Positions 35,453 through 47,962 of a stretch of DNA of 64,000 nt are shown here, piece by piece (position 1 is the first letter of the stretch; each line of letters opens with the position of its first letter). Location of the stretch: positions 1-64,000 of the forward strand of contig CDMY01000461.1 of the NCBI GenBank assembly GCA_001179505.1, given 5' to 3'. The position numbers were made by a program, and so were the translations under genes. Below the pieces are notes generated by a model. The model had not been told where the DNA came from and did not search any database. It was given only the letters and a program-made list of their open reading frames with translations. Origin of the DNA: Vitrella brassicaformis CCMP3155 (taxonomy: Eukaryota > Protista > Chromerida).

Positions 35453-38400
35453 GAAGGCCAGCCTGCCGGAAATGACACGGCAGCCGGCGATGAGGCGGCG
35501 TCAGCTGCTCAGCCTGATCCGATGGAGATCGAGGGGGTGTCACGGTGCTGCTCGGAGTGCCTGAAGACACCTGGTTGTGAGATATGGCAGTATAGGATAG
35601 ATACGGCGTGCTGCGACCTATTCTCGGACAAGTTTATGACCAAGGGAGCGGAGCGGAGCAACAAGACCGTCGTTGGGATGCCTCTGCCAAGTAAGACGAC
35701 AGTGCTCATGAGGTTCATTGGTGGTGGATGCGGGCCTTTTCCCCCTCAGTTCGCAAGCCGGATGGCGGGATCTTCATTCGAGACGCCACTGAGATCGACA
35801 ACAACACCTATCTGTCCTATCGGGCCGTCGGCAAAGGTAGGTCAGACACCCATTATTCTCTCGCGCCTTGATGCCCACTATCTGTCCAGACATTCTGAGT
35901 GACGTCGCCCCGCTGCCGCGCTTCCCTTACGACTTCGCCTTCGCCACGACCAAAGGCGAGATGCAGGAGTCGCTCAAGGACGACTACAACTGCATCAAGG
36001 TGCTGAGCAATCGGGACAAGGAGGGCTACTTCTGTGCCAAGAAGGGGCTGGCGGACCTCAAGATGGAATGGCTCGTCAAAGCCGACGCCAACAAGCAGTG
36101 TGTCAAGATCGCTACCGACGACACGTCGGAGGATGGATACCTCTGCTTTGAGGGATGGCCGCAGGTGTGTGTGAAGTGGCTGCATTGCATACGTCTGTCG
36201 ATCTGTCGGTGAGTGAGTGTGTCTGTATGCAGGCCGCAGACTTGGTGTTTGTTAGCGGGGGTGCCTTGGGTCTTGAGAAGAGGGAGACCTGCATGAGATG
36301 GGTGCCCACCCTCGGCTACAAGACCTGGACAGAAGCCTACCTATGCGCACGCACGTGAGTCCAACCGAAGGGCAATGAATCAACACACACAGAGTGAACA
36401 CCCAACACAACAAACACACATAAATGCATCCCACCACCAGGCCAGCACGACAACCCCAAGCTCTACACGAAGCTGGCGGTGCCTTCCTGCAAGCAGGTGG
36501 AGGTGTGCAACACGACAGCAGGGGATCTGTGCGCCCTGACCAACAACCCCCAAGACATGAAATGCCAAACACAGGCCACGCAGTAAGCAGACACACAGAT
36601 GAAACGAACGAAGAGCTGATGTGAGTGGCACATGTCGCCTGGCCTTAGCAATGAGTTCCTGGGCAACGTGAGTCGGTCCGAGGGCGGCTGGCAGGGCAAG
36701 CTCTTCTGCGCAAACTGGGACAAGACATTCATCGCAAACCCAGGCAGGCACAACCACACCACGCAGACAGAAACATCTTGAGACACACAACACCTTCCTG
36801 CTCTCTCCCCCCCTCACATCTATCAGAGTTCCAGGCGGAGAACAAGCCCCCCAATCAGCGCAACGAGTGGTGGCTGATCCTCATCTCGCCCGACCACAGG
36901 CTGGGTGACAAGTTCAGAGTGGAGGAGGCCCGGTGCTGCGAGACCGCCTTTGGGGCCCCCTGTGTGAAGACCTTCCCCGAGGGCGCCCAGCGTCTGGCGG
37001 CCACCATCCTTAACGAGACACTGATTGTGGTCAAGGGCGACGCGGGGATGCTCAAGAATGTGGGGGAGACGGAGCAAACCTTCAAGCTGCTCGAGAAGGA
37101 ATACCTCCTCGAATGCACCGGAGGTCAGTGGTGGTGGCTGCCTTGCCGTTCATTTCTCGCTGTGTTGTCTGTCTGTTTCTTTCCTTCAGATGGGCCAGAT
37201 GAGGGCTGCGAGAGTATCCAGCCACCACACCCACCCATGTGGCAGCAAACTAGCCAGGCCTCCACGCGCTGTTGTGTGTGTGCTTTCGCAGGGGGTATAC
37301 AGCTTCGAGAAGCCCGAGCACGGAGATCAGGTCTACTGGATCGACGCACTACCAGAACCCGAATTTCGCAACTACTTCGGCCAGCTCGTGTCGTGCCAGC
37401 GACCGAGAAGGTGCGAGACGCTCTGCCTCGTCAAGCGGCCCACATACCCCCCTGGGGAATGCTCAGTCACCGATTTCGGTACCTTATGTGTCCATAACAC
37501 GCAGCCGTGGCCAGTGTTGTGTCTATGTGTCTGTTGCGTTGTGTCAGGCAATCCGTGTCTCGGGGTCGGGCCGAAGAAGGTGGTCGAGCAGACGCTGCAC
37601 TTCGTGCAGGGCCCGCCCCTGCTGCCGGTGGAGTGGCTGGGGCACTTCCTGCGCAACGGCACCAAGGAGGAGGTCTACCAGATAGTGCAGCACGCGGGCG
37701 TCCGATTCCCAAAGAAAAAGAAAGGTCAGATAATGCAGGGCCATGTCTCTCTCTCTGCCTCTCGGTGCATCAGGACCTACCTGTGTATGCTATGCTGGGT
37801 GGTCTGGTCAGTCGCTGCCAAGAAGGGCGCGAACGGGTGCTGCATGGTGCGTGACGATAAGGACGAGACCAAGCTCCTCAAGACCTGCGACAGAAAGAAC
37901 CCCATCCCTGTCGAGCGGTTCATACTCGAAACCATGCGCGACGAACCAGACCCAGTCCCTTGCAAAGGTCAACTTCTTCTCCCCATCCACCACAAACACA
38001 CAAACACACAAACACACACTCAGAGGTCTCTTTCCTTGGTCCCTCCCGTCTTTCAGATTCCCACGGCAACTGGAGTGAGGTGGGCATCAACGAGGCCTGG
38101 GTGTTGGGGTGTCTGGCGGTGGGCGGCGGCTGCAAACTGGGAGTGGGCTCCGAGGAGCTGTGCAAGGTGGAGTGCGAGCACCTGGAGGCCAAGGAGAAGT
38201 GCAACTCGTTCAACTACTTCAACAAAGACGGAAAGCCCAGCTCCGCGGAGTGCTGCCTGCAGTCGTGTCCGGATGTCACCAACCCCGTCAAGCGGCAAAT
38301 CAAGCCCAAGGAGCTGCCGGGGTGGAAGAAAATCGTCAATTTTGCCGGTCCGTGCGGCGAAAAGAGCACTTGCCACCGTCTGTCTGTATGCATGTCTCAC

Positions 38401-40588
38401 TGTGTGTTGTGCATTTGCGCACAACCAGCAACCGAGGGAATCGACGTCAGCCAGCTTAAATTCCGTAAGCCCTTTATCAATGGGGAGAGACATGGAGGCA
38501 CGAAAGAAGCTCTCTCCCTTTCTGTTGTGTGTGATTTGCAGCGTCTCCGGGGTGCAGTGCGGTGGTTTTGCAGAACAGGGATGCCAACAACGGCGTCTAC
38601 TCGTTCAACATCGACGGCATCCCCTTCAAGTCGTACTGTGTCTTCGACCGCACCAGGGGACACATATGGACGCTCATTAGGTCGGTCATGTACCAGGACT
38701 TTCTGCACAAGGAGGGCTTCGGCAGCACGGCACTCACCGACGACTACTTTGGGGCGGTGAATGTGAGCAACCTCACCGAGATAACGCACGTCAACGAGCC
38801 GCCACAAAGGGTCTCCTTCGACCTGGGATATACCGGTGCGTCTGTGAGAAGAGGTTGTGGCTGGTCATTGGACCACAGGTGGACGATTTGTGTGTGTGTG
38901 TGTTGGGTGTGGCAGATGTACCTAGCAAGCTGTTGACGAGCAAGGCGGCCGAGTGGACGCACTTCCTGGCCACGTGCGACTTCAACACCGACATGGACGA
39001 GGACTTCATGCTCTTCGAATTTCGAAAAGGAGACCAATTCCCACTCGCCCTCAACAGTGACGCCCCATCATGCCAGCACCTCGAAGCGTCAGACACCCCA
39101 ACCCAACTCAACCCACCAGACCCGCCCCCTGCCTCTCTATGCGGATCTCTCTCTCTCTCTCTCTCACTCAGATATACTCTATTGCACAAGCATTGTAAGG
39201 GCGAAAAGTGCCAGCTGCCGATTTCGCAGAAGACGGGTGAGACATCCTTCCACGTCAACCCGGTTCAGCCGTGCGAAGGGGACGATACGCTTAAGGGCGT
39301 CAGCTTGAAAGAGAAGGAGAAGTTCTTCGGCTCCTATGAGCGGCCGCCAGAGGGGGAGCGGTTCATGTGTGCCGCTTCGAAGGTGTCGATTACCAACTTC
39401 TGGCTGGGGGAAAAGTGTAAGCACCCAGACGTTCGACAAGCCAAGTGTTGTCATGTCCCTCTGTGTGTCTGTCCCTATGTGTGTGTCATGCGTGGTCAGT
39501 TCCGTCTCCTCACGAGAACTGCGGTCATTTCTTCTCGTGGGATTTGAAGCCGGGGTTCAAGTGTGTTGGGGAGATGATAAGGGAGCTGGACTGGGTGGGC
39601 ATGTACGGCACCAACAGAACCAAAAAGGAAATGGTCTGCAGGGGCGCATTCCGCGCTCAACGCACTGTGTCTCGCATACTCGTTAGAGGTGAGAAATCGA
39701 GCCATCAGACACGTCAGTCAGGGGTCCCCTGTGTTGGTTGGGTTTGGTGGGTTGTATTCCCGATATATCAGGTCGACCCCGAAGACCAGACGAAGAGCTC
39801 CTGCACGCTGTGCAAGACCTCAGAGCCTGCGGATAAGGTGTTTGAGAAGAAGCAGGGCGTGTGGAGCGGGTACAAGGTGTTCGACTACGCCGACAACGGC
39901 TCACCCAGGCCGTGCACACACTCGGACGCATGCTTCGCCGACGCACAGAGGAGCGAAACAGGTGACTGAACGTGCACAGAGACACGGAGGGCATTCATGT
40001 GAGAGAGTGTGTGTGGGTGTGTGAAGGTGTTGGTACGACCTGCGATTGGGCTGAGACGCCAGGCAAGAAGGGCTCCCCTGCTGTGCCGGCGAAAAGAGTG
40101 GCCCAGTTCAGTGTGCACGATACGGCCAGAGAAGAACCTGACCAAGACGTTCTATGCAGGCAAGCCATTCTCCCTCCCTCCCCGCTTCCCCCCCGACACA
40201 CACACACACACACACCCCACCCACCGACAATCTTCCTTACGTCTACATGCGTCTCTCTCTCTCTGACTCTCTGTGTGTGTGGCTGTGTGTGTGGCTGTGT
40301 GTTGGCGTCAGAGCGTACATGATGGAGGTGATGTTATCATGGAAGCACCACAACATCGGGTGCTATGAGGTGCACAAGGAGCGGGGCGACATCACCGTCT
40401 GCAACCTATACAACTCTACCGTCATGTGGACTGCCGGCGGCTCCTTTCGAGCAGGAAGAGTCACGTTCCCGCTCTGCCCACACATAGAGAGAAAGAGGCC
40501 GCCTGTGGCTATGCTGGCGGGCAATAGGACATCAGAGTCTGCTGTGGATAGTGGCAACATGACTCTAATAAGCCTTGTGGACAGATGA
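35453..40588 (+). CDS. Large Cys-rich modular protein with PAN/Apple-like and fibrinogen-like domains (5' end not resolved)
   Basis: PAN-like CCSECLKTPGCEIWQY...CCDLFS (35540) and CKVECEHL...CNSFNYF...CCLQS (38160). Fibrinogen-type CSAVV...NGVYSF...FKSYCVFD...WTLI (38550). About 17 spliced exons; ends ...LISLVDR*. Confidence 0.6.
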
Positions 40589-40929
40589 CGCCCGCCTTTC
40601 TGCCTCTGTGCCTCTCTCTGTGTTTTTGGCGGTTTGGTCGATGTGTGTGGCGTCTTGCTGCCTTTGGGGCGGGCAGATAAGTGTGTGCATCGCACTGTGT
40701 CTGCATTTGCTGTGATCGCAATCGCGCCTTGAGCGGCACGGACCCCTGCATGTGAACTTTCACGTAACCCTGCCAGAGCGAAGTCCACACGAACATGACA
40801 CGCATCCACTCTACTGTAGAAGAAAGTGCTACCACGAAATGGCGCCACTGCGCGGCGAACAACAGGCAGCATTCAGCGAACTACCGAGCTACGGCGAGGA
40901 AAAGACTGCTACTGAGTGAGAAACAAACA

Positions 40930-42114
40930 TCACTTTCCACCAGCGCATAATCCTCTCCGCTTTGGAGGCTCGTCAGCCATTATATCTTTGATCAAGGCTG
41001 ACGACAACAAGAGGCAAGACACAGCAGAGTCAGGTCATTCATTTACCTGTGTCTCACCTCTGTCCTTTCTGAACTCCGGCTCCCAGAAGTACTTGTAGAG
41101 CAGCCGGATCAGCCACGGCACATCCATGGTGAAGGTGTGGAAGCTCTCGGGGGTCATCCAGTCCTTGCACGCGTCGATAATGCGCGGCAGGCTGATGCGC
41201 GCGTCGTTGAGCCCCTGCTGACGCAGAAACCGCTCCAGCATCGCCTCGTACTCAGCCTGCAACGCGGTGAGATGTGGTGTGTGCATATGCACACACACAG
41301 ATCCAGGACTCTTATCGTCTCATTCACGCCTGTGTATACCCGCCCCCACCTCAGTGTAGTTCGATCGGATGAGGGGCGTAATGAGCTCCTCTTCCTCAGC
41401 AAGGTGCTGCTCGAGAGCAGGGAACCACTTCTCAAGGCTCTCACACACGTCCTCGACGATCCGGGCCTTCCCCCGCCTGCTGGTGGTCGCCGAACGGTAT
41501 GTTCTTTCGGCTGCGATGATGTCGTCCATGGTCGCCATTAGGGTGGCGTGGGAGCATGTGCACTGCTCGGGCAGCCTGCCGCACTTCCACTCTGCAAGAG
41601 GGGACACAGTGGCGTAACGATAAAGTGGGAAGGATGGTACAGGACCCAATCGCCTACCTAGTGCAGGAAAGAAGTAGATTTCCTCGTTGTCGTGGTGTCC
41701 ATGGAGGAATGGATAGAAGTAGAGCCGCCACCACTTGAAGAACCTGCCAGACAGAGAGAAACACACCAGCCAGACAGAAGAGTCCCCACTGCAAAGAGCG
41801 TCAGGATCCCGGTTGTGAGCACCTCTCTATGCGCCAGTCGTGGCCCAGCTTCAGGTACGGCAGCAGCTCCTCGGCCCGCCTCATCTCCCGCCGTAGGGCC
41901 TCATGCGGCACCAGAAAAGACAGGTCGGCGAAGTCATTCACTGCAAAGGGACACGAGGCATCACAAGGGACCCTGTCTTGTGTGTCTTTCGATTCTTTTC
42001 ACCCTCTTTGATGACTCTGCTGGTCAGCTTCTCTGGGATGGCTTTGCCGAGGGGCGGGGCGATTCTCCCCGTGGACCTTCTGCCTCCAAATGAAGAACGG
42101 GGCGAATGGAACAT
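40930..42114 (-). CDS. Hemerythrin/HHE cation-binding domain protein (multi-exon)
   Basis: VPHEALRREM, FLHGHHDNEEIYFFPAL, LEQHLAEEEELITPLI provide the H, HxxxE and H/E ligand spacing of hemerythrin-like folds. Confidence 0.8.
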
Positions 42115-42330
42115 GACCTCGGCTGCTGGTGTCGTGTGCTCCTCCGCGCCTGACCCAGCCGCCACCGCCTGCCACGAATTTCGAGCTCGCAGATCGCGAT
42201 CTACCGCTCTCTCCGCGATCTGATGCCGCAGCGCCATTCTGGTCGCCAGCGGTGCTTCTCAGAAGAAATCGGTGACTGCTGATCTTTGGTCACACTGAGG
42301 AGGCTTTCCCTGATGCCTGCGCTTCCCACT

Positions 42331-43185
42331 ATGCTTCCCCTGTCCACGGCGGGCCCTTCATCTCCCTCGGCGCGCAGCAGCGTGAGCATCTCGAGCAGCG
42401 CATACACGCACACCTCCTCGGCGAGAGGCGGCTTCGCACGAGGCGGCAGCTCCAGCTTCATGATGCCCTACCTGTCCCAGAGCCCTCCCCACCGCTCAGA
42501 GTACTTCAGGCGGATCTTTTCGGTCGCCCAGATGGACCTCGAGTACACCTTCGCGCAGATGGTTTATCTCATCATCTCGCCTCGCAAGGCCTACCAGTTC
42601 GACTCGTATCGCAAGCAGACCAAGAATCAGTGGGCGAGGGACGACCCGGGGTTCGTTGTGGTGCTCGGCTTCTTTCTCGTCATGAGTGGCCTCGCTTATG
42701 CGGCCGCTTTCCGGCTGTCGGGGGTGCGCTTCCTCGTTGCCATGTTCCTGCCGCTGGTGTACTTTCTGGTGGTGGGTGTGGTGATGGCCAGCGCTTCCTG
42801 GTTCCTGGCGAACAAGTATCTGCGGCACTACTACTCGTTCCACGCGGCTGAGCAGACAGTCGAGTGGATGTATGCGTTCGACATCCACTGCAACGGCACG
42901 CTGCTGGCCTTCCTGATATCGCTGGTGCTGCAGTACCCCTTCCTGCCTCTGCTGCTGCCCAAGGGGTACCTGCCGGCCATTGTGTGCAACACGATCAACG
43001 GCGTGGCGGTGTTTTACTACTTCAAGCTGACGATGCAGGGATACAACCAGCTGCCGTTCATCGAGCAGGCGCAGTACCTGTTCGCCCCGGTGCCCGTCCT
43101 GTGGCTGCTGCTCGTGGTGCTGTCGTGTCTGGGCATCAACTCAACCAGATATCTCGTCTACTCGTTCGTCGGCCTGCTGGCGTGA
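42331..43185 (+). CDS. UNC50: UNC-50 family Golgi/ER membrane protein (intronless)
   Basis: YFRRIF..QMDLEYTFAQMVYLIISPRKAY...YRKQTKNQWARDDPGF, EWMYAFDIHCNG, several transmembrane segments. Confidence 0.95.
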   Translation: MLPLSTAGPSSPSARSSVSISSSAYTHTSSARGGFARGGSSSFMMPYLSQSPPHRSEYFRRIFSVAQMDLEYTFAQMVYLIISPRKAYQFDSYRKQTKNQWARDDPGFVVVLGFFLVMSGLAYAAAFRLSGVRFLVAMFLPLVYFLVVGVVMASASWFLANKYLRHYYSFHAAEQTVEWMYAFDIHCNGTLLAFLISLVLQYPFLPLLLPKGYLPAIVCNTINGVAVFYYFKLTMQGYNQLPFIEQAQYLFAPVPVLWLLLVVLSCLGINSTRYLVYSFVGLLA

Positions 43186-43884
43186 AGAGGAGGGGCATCG
43201 ATCGCGAGAGTGTGATAGTGTTGTGAGAAGATGGTGTGTTGGGGGGATGCCATATGTACGCTGGACGGCTTGCTTTTTCCTGTTATATATACACACTCAT
43301 TCTGTCGCCGGACCCGCCAGATCAGATTGTGCAATGAATGAATTCGTCATGGCCGATTAGTCATCGGTCTTAAGACCACACAGGTCGGTCAAGCAAGGCA
43401 CACATACTCACATTCGCGCATTCACGCACACTTGACGATGAAGTGAGTGAACTGCCAAGTGATATAAAATGTAAGCAGCGATGCTCTCTCGTGGGCCAGG
43501 ACCGCCCATGCAATGAGCCGGTCAATAGAATGGATGGCCATCAGTACAAGACACCCACCAACCCATCTCTGTCTGTCTGTCTGCACGAGGGAGGAGGGTG
43601 CCAAGCTACCAGCCATCCAGCCATCCAGGCATCAATCCATCGCGTCCACCGCAACATCACAGCAACGGTATGAACACACGCTGCAGCCATCCATCCTTCG
43701 AGATGCTGACAGACAGACAGACAGACAGACATGTGACGGTCATCCATCGAGCAGCCGACTCATGCGATGGATGCCAAGCTGGCTACACAATGCGGCGAAC
43801 CTGCCTGCCTGCAGCGTGCTGGCTACCACCCACCCTCCCACGAAGCCACCCGCCCCCATAGTGAGTAGTATGTATGTCTTCTAT

Positions 43885-45190
43885 CTATCTATCGCTCGCC
43901 AGCCGACATGACTCGTTGGCCCCCGCCCCTCCCTCTCCCTCGCCCTCGTCTTGGGCGGAACGCGCCGGCAGGATCGGCCCGGCGATCGACGCGCGTGTGG
44001 GTGGGACGCACTGCGCCAGGGCGGCCACCACGTGGGGGTCTGGCTGCCCCACGTACGCCGACGCCCTCACTGGCCTCGGACCATCGGCCTTCTCGCGAAT
44101 GAACAGCTCGATGGCAGCCGAGGGGTCCTGCGCGTGCCTGTCGGTCAGAGCCCCCAGGACGTTGCGCTGGCCGTTGCTGGATCGCTGTGTGGACCAGAAG
44201 TTGCCGAGTGGCCCTGTGAAGGGGGGGCTGCATATGTTGTCGATCTGCACGGGGGTGACGTCGTACGGATGCGCCAGAGGTTCTCGAGCTTGAGCCGGCC
44301 GCGGAAGAACGCCGGGAAGAGGCTCGCCAGCGGCACCGTCAGCTTCCTCAGGGCGGCATCCCACCTGCAGACAGACAGACAGACAGATGATGGATGGATG
44401 GATGGATGGTCCCCCCCTCCCCCTCTCTCTGCGCGCCCCGCTGTCTCTCTGTCTCACCATAGCTGAGTAGCCGACATACGGAAACGCATGAAAATCCAGA
44501 ATGCCCCGTCCTCATTGATGGCCGGCTGGGGCACGCTGTTGATGGCATACAGGTAGTACGGCCTGTTCGCTTTCACCGCACAGAGATAAGGAGAGAGAGA
44601 CACACATATGCGTGTCGTTGGGATGCAGATTTGCGCTAGGTAGGAGGTGTAGTGCATTTGCATGTTGTGTGTGGGGGCGTGTCTCGACCGACATACCACT
44701 CGTTGAGGATGACGAGCTTCTCTGGAAAGCTAACGCCGATGGGGGTCGACTGCAAACACACATATCGGGATTTCGATACGCAAAGGACTCATCCATTCGC
44801 AGCCACTTTATCGGTCTTGTTCCTTCGACGACTCTCGTGCTGCTTCGTCCCGTTGCTGTCGTAGAATCGAGATCAAGAACACCTGCACACTCAGCCACGA
44901 AAGCGGACACCGCACGCACGATGGTCCGTTCACGCCATCAGAGGACCGACACTGCAAAAGGTACGCCTCTCTTTTGTACCTGTCTCAACTTCCTTGGGCA
45001 GCAGCTGCTTGGACAGGTACGTACGACAGGCGCTTTGTCCACTTCCCTGGCGAGACACACACATAGACATGTCGCATGCGTCTCCCTTTCGTGACAAATT
45101 CCTGTCAGTCTTTAGCGCTGTTGTGGGGAGCCCGATCAATGCTTCCTCCGGCGATTGTCCCTTCTGAAACCAACACAAACACAGGTCAGC
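43885..45190 (-). CDS. Putative multi-exon coding segment of unknown function (may be the 3' part of the multi-UBA gene)
   Basis: Spliceable coding-like exons (CRTYLSKQLLPKEVET; STPIGVSFPEKLVILNE; VKANRPYYLYAINSVPQPAINEDGAFWIFMRF; final exon ORF 43885-44368). No family recognised. Confidence 0.35.
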
Positions 45191-45499
45191 ACCCTCACTG
45201 TCACGCCCACCTGCAGACACACGAGCAGACTCCTGCACACAGACATCCACACACTTTGCACTGCACTCATGCGCGTCTCCCTCCCTCCCTCCCCTTTCAT
45301 CGTTGTCTTCGGAAGCCGGCCCTCCTTTGACTGCAGCATTAGAGCACCATCCCTACCACGAAGAAATCTCATCTTGCACGAGAGCATATATGGCTCTCTG
45401 TTATGTTTTCCTCGCCTCCATCTGATTGATTGACAGCGGACAGGAAGCTGGGCAAAGACCACCGACCAGCAGCAAATGAGGAATCCATGGAATCACTGT

Positions 45500-47128
45500 C
45501 ATGTCTCACTCTCACCTCGCCGGCGGGTGGGCCAACGATGGACATTGATGAGTAAGGAAGGGTCTTCAGATATGAAATGTAGGCGGCGATCTGACACACA
45601 TACAAAAATAGGTGGAGACATGCTTACGTGAGGTTGTTGGCAAACCCTATCGCGGCAGGTGGCCCCGTACTTCCTGAAGTCGCGTAGTCGTTGCCACACC
45701 TCCTGGCGATTGCCGGTCCTGGTAAAGGTCGAAGGGGTCGGCCTCCTCCCACACGTATCCGACTCATCAGTCCCTTACCTGTCGCGGCCTTGACGAGTGC
45801 GCACTCGGCCTGGTCCCTCTCGAGCCCAATGCTCATGAGAATCCCCACCTCCTCGTCGGCCAGCTGTGCGCTGTCACCACTGCCGTCACCTGCAGCAGCC
45901 CCCCACCCACTGCGGTCTGCGGCTAGCGGCGTGAGGACGGGAGGGTCGTTGATGTCCGGGTCGTCCATGTGTGCGATTAGCCACTCGAGGGCCGCATCGG
46001 GAGTGGCGTTGGGGACCGCCAAGACGGCACGACTGACGCACAGCACACATCAGTCAGTGACACATAGAGGTGTGTGAGGAGGGTCTCGGCTCTCTTTGGT
46101 TGTGTTTTGTTTGTGGTCACTCACTTGGCGGCGTTTTCCGAGTAGCCCATAGAGACCAGCTGCGCCACCACCATCTCATCAGGCACCTTAGCCGGGGAAC
46201 CACCATCGCCTTTGCCCCCGCCACCGCGTTTGGCAGCAGCGGCCCCCTTGACGTTGGTGCGGTAGAGGTCGGATTGGTCGTCGCTGTGGCGGGACAGCAG
46301 CAGGTCCACAGCCGCCTCGACAGCCATGCCATTGGGAACACGCAGCGCCGCTTCCCTGTGGGAGCCATCAGCCACACACAGACATGCAGGTGTGAGCGAT
46401 TAATCGATTGCATCACGCCCCTCGCTGTCTGTCTGTCTGTCTGTCGACGCGTGGGAAAGAGTCTCGTGAGATATAAAATGTAGGCGGCGATCTGACACAC
46501 ATACAGCGACGGAGATTGTGTCTCTGTATCTGTGAGGCGAAAGTGTTGCTCGCCTCCTTCTCCACCTTGAGCGCATCCCTCTCCTGCTTGACCGCCGCCA
46601 GCTCCTCCTTGAGCGTCGCGAGCTCCGCCTCCAACTCGTCGCGGGTCTTTGTCTGTCTCTGATGACAACACACGCACACACACACACCATGAATGAGCAG
46701 ACCTCAGAGATGCAGCGGCACATGTGCAGCTGTGAAGTGCTGTGCAGTTCGGTTACCGGGGGCTGCCCTGGTGGCCGCTCGATGGAGGCTTGGATGAGCA
46801 TGGCGTGGCAGCGGTCGCGGGCCTGGTTGGAGAGGGCGTTGAAGCGCAGCTCGAACTCCTGCATATATTCACGATGATGGACACAGTGAGTGAGTGCAAG
46901 GATGGACATATGTTCGGTCTCTCCTCGGAAGAGTGTTTGTTTCCATCTTAAAGCACGTACGTAACTCACGTCAATGAAGTGCACCTTCATCTCCCAGAGC
47001 TTCCACATGAAGACGACGGGGTCGTCGTCGAAGTTTGGCCAGTCGATGTCCTTGGGGTCCTCTGGAATGGTGGTCTCGTACCAGTCCTCGACGACCTCAG
47101 GATCCAGCACGTACCTGACCTCCGACAT
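45500..47128 (-). CDS. Chimeric multi-UBA protein: novel N-terminus + coiled coil + UBA-like + USP5-derived UBA-UBA cassette (3' end uncertain)
   Basis: [20 protein letters not shown]|RAVLAVPNATPDAALEWLIAHMDDPDINDPP...QLADEEVGILMSIGLERDQAECALVK parallels the USP5 sequence at 54856-55233, with identical intron positions. Confidence 0.7.
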
Positions 47129-47962
47129 CCTCTCGCACTGCCTATGGAGTGGGGGCGAGGGAGCTGGTGGTGGTGGTCAAGGTGGTGGTGGCGGGGAGTG
47201 AGGGTGAGGAAGAGGTGGACGAGAGCGGGCTAAGGGAGCTGCCACTGCGGGCTAAGAGGAGGACGATGAAGGGGATCAGGACCAAGGGTTTGGGTTCGTT
47301 TTCCGCACAAATGTCGGCCATCCACCCCTGCAGCCGGGATGCGCTGACATGGGCAGGTCGCACGGTCTTCCTGATGGCGTTGGGGAATGGCAGGCCTTGA
47401 TAGGGGAAGAGGAAGAAGAACAATGGCTTTCCTCCAATGGGAAAAAAAGAGAAAACATGCGTCTCCATTTTTTCTCTTTGCCGTCTCGATTCTCGCCAGT
47501 ACCGATTCTCGCCCAAAGAGTGACGCCGTTGTCGGAATCGTGTGCCACCAGCCAGCCGACCACATGGTAAGACGAAAACAAAACAAGATCACGCCGCCAC
47601 AATGTCATTCCGCCATGCCTTCAACGCAATGGATGGTGAGGACCGTCAGATGGAGGAAGGAAAGGATCTTTGTGCCTTTCAAATGCATGTCGACAGGCGG
47701 ACGTCTACACGCACAGACGGATGGGGAGACACTCGGGAGGGAGGGATGGGTGATGGGATGCTTACCTGCGACAACGCGTCACATATATGATTCAATCGAG
47801 CTGTATGCCGTGCACACATGCAGCCCCACACACACGTCACGCTGTCTGAACAGTGTGCACCCATCTATGGTGCGGACATACATACAGCCAAGACGAAAAA
47901 CCACACCGATGAACAAGCGAACCAACCGACAGACAGCGCACACGCAGAGAAGTCAGAGTGTG

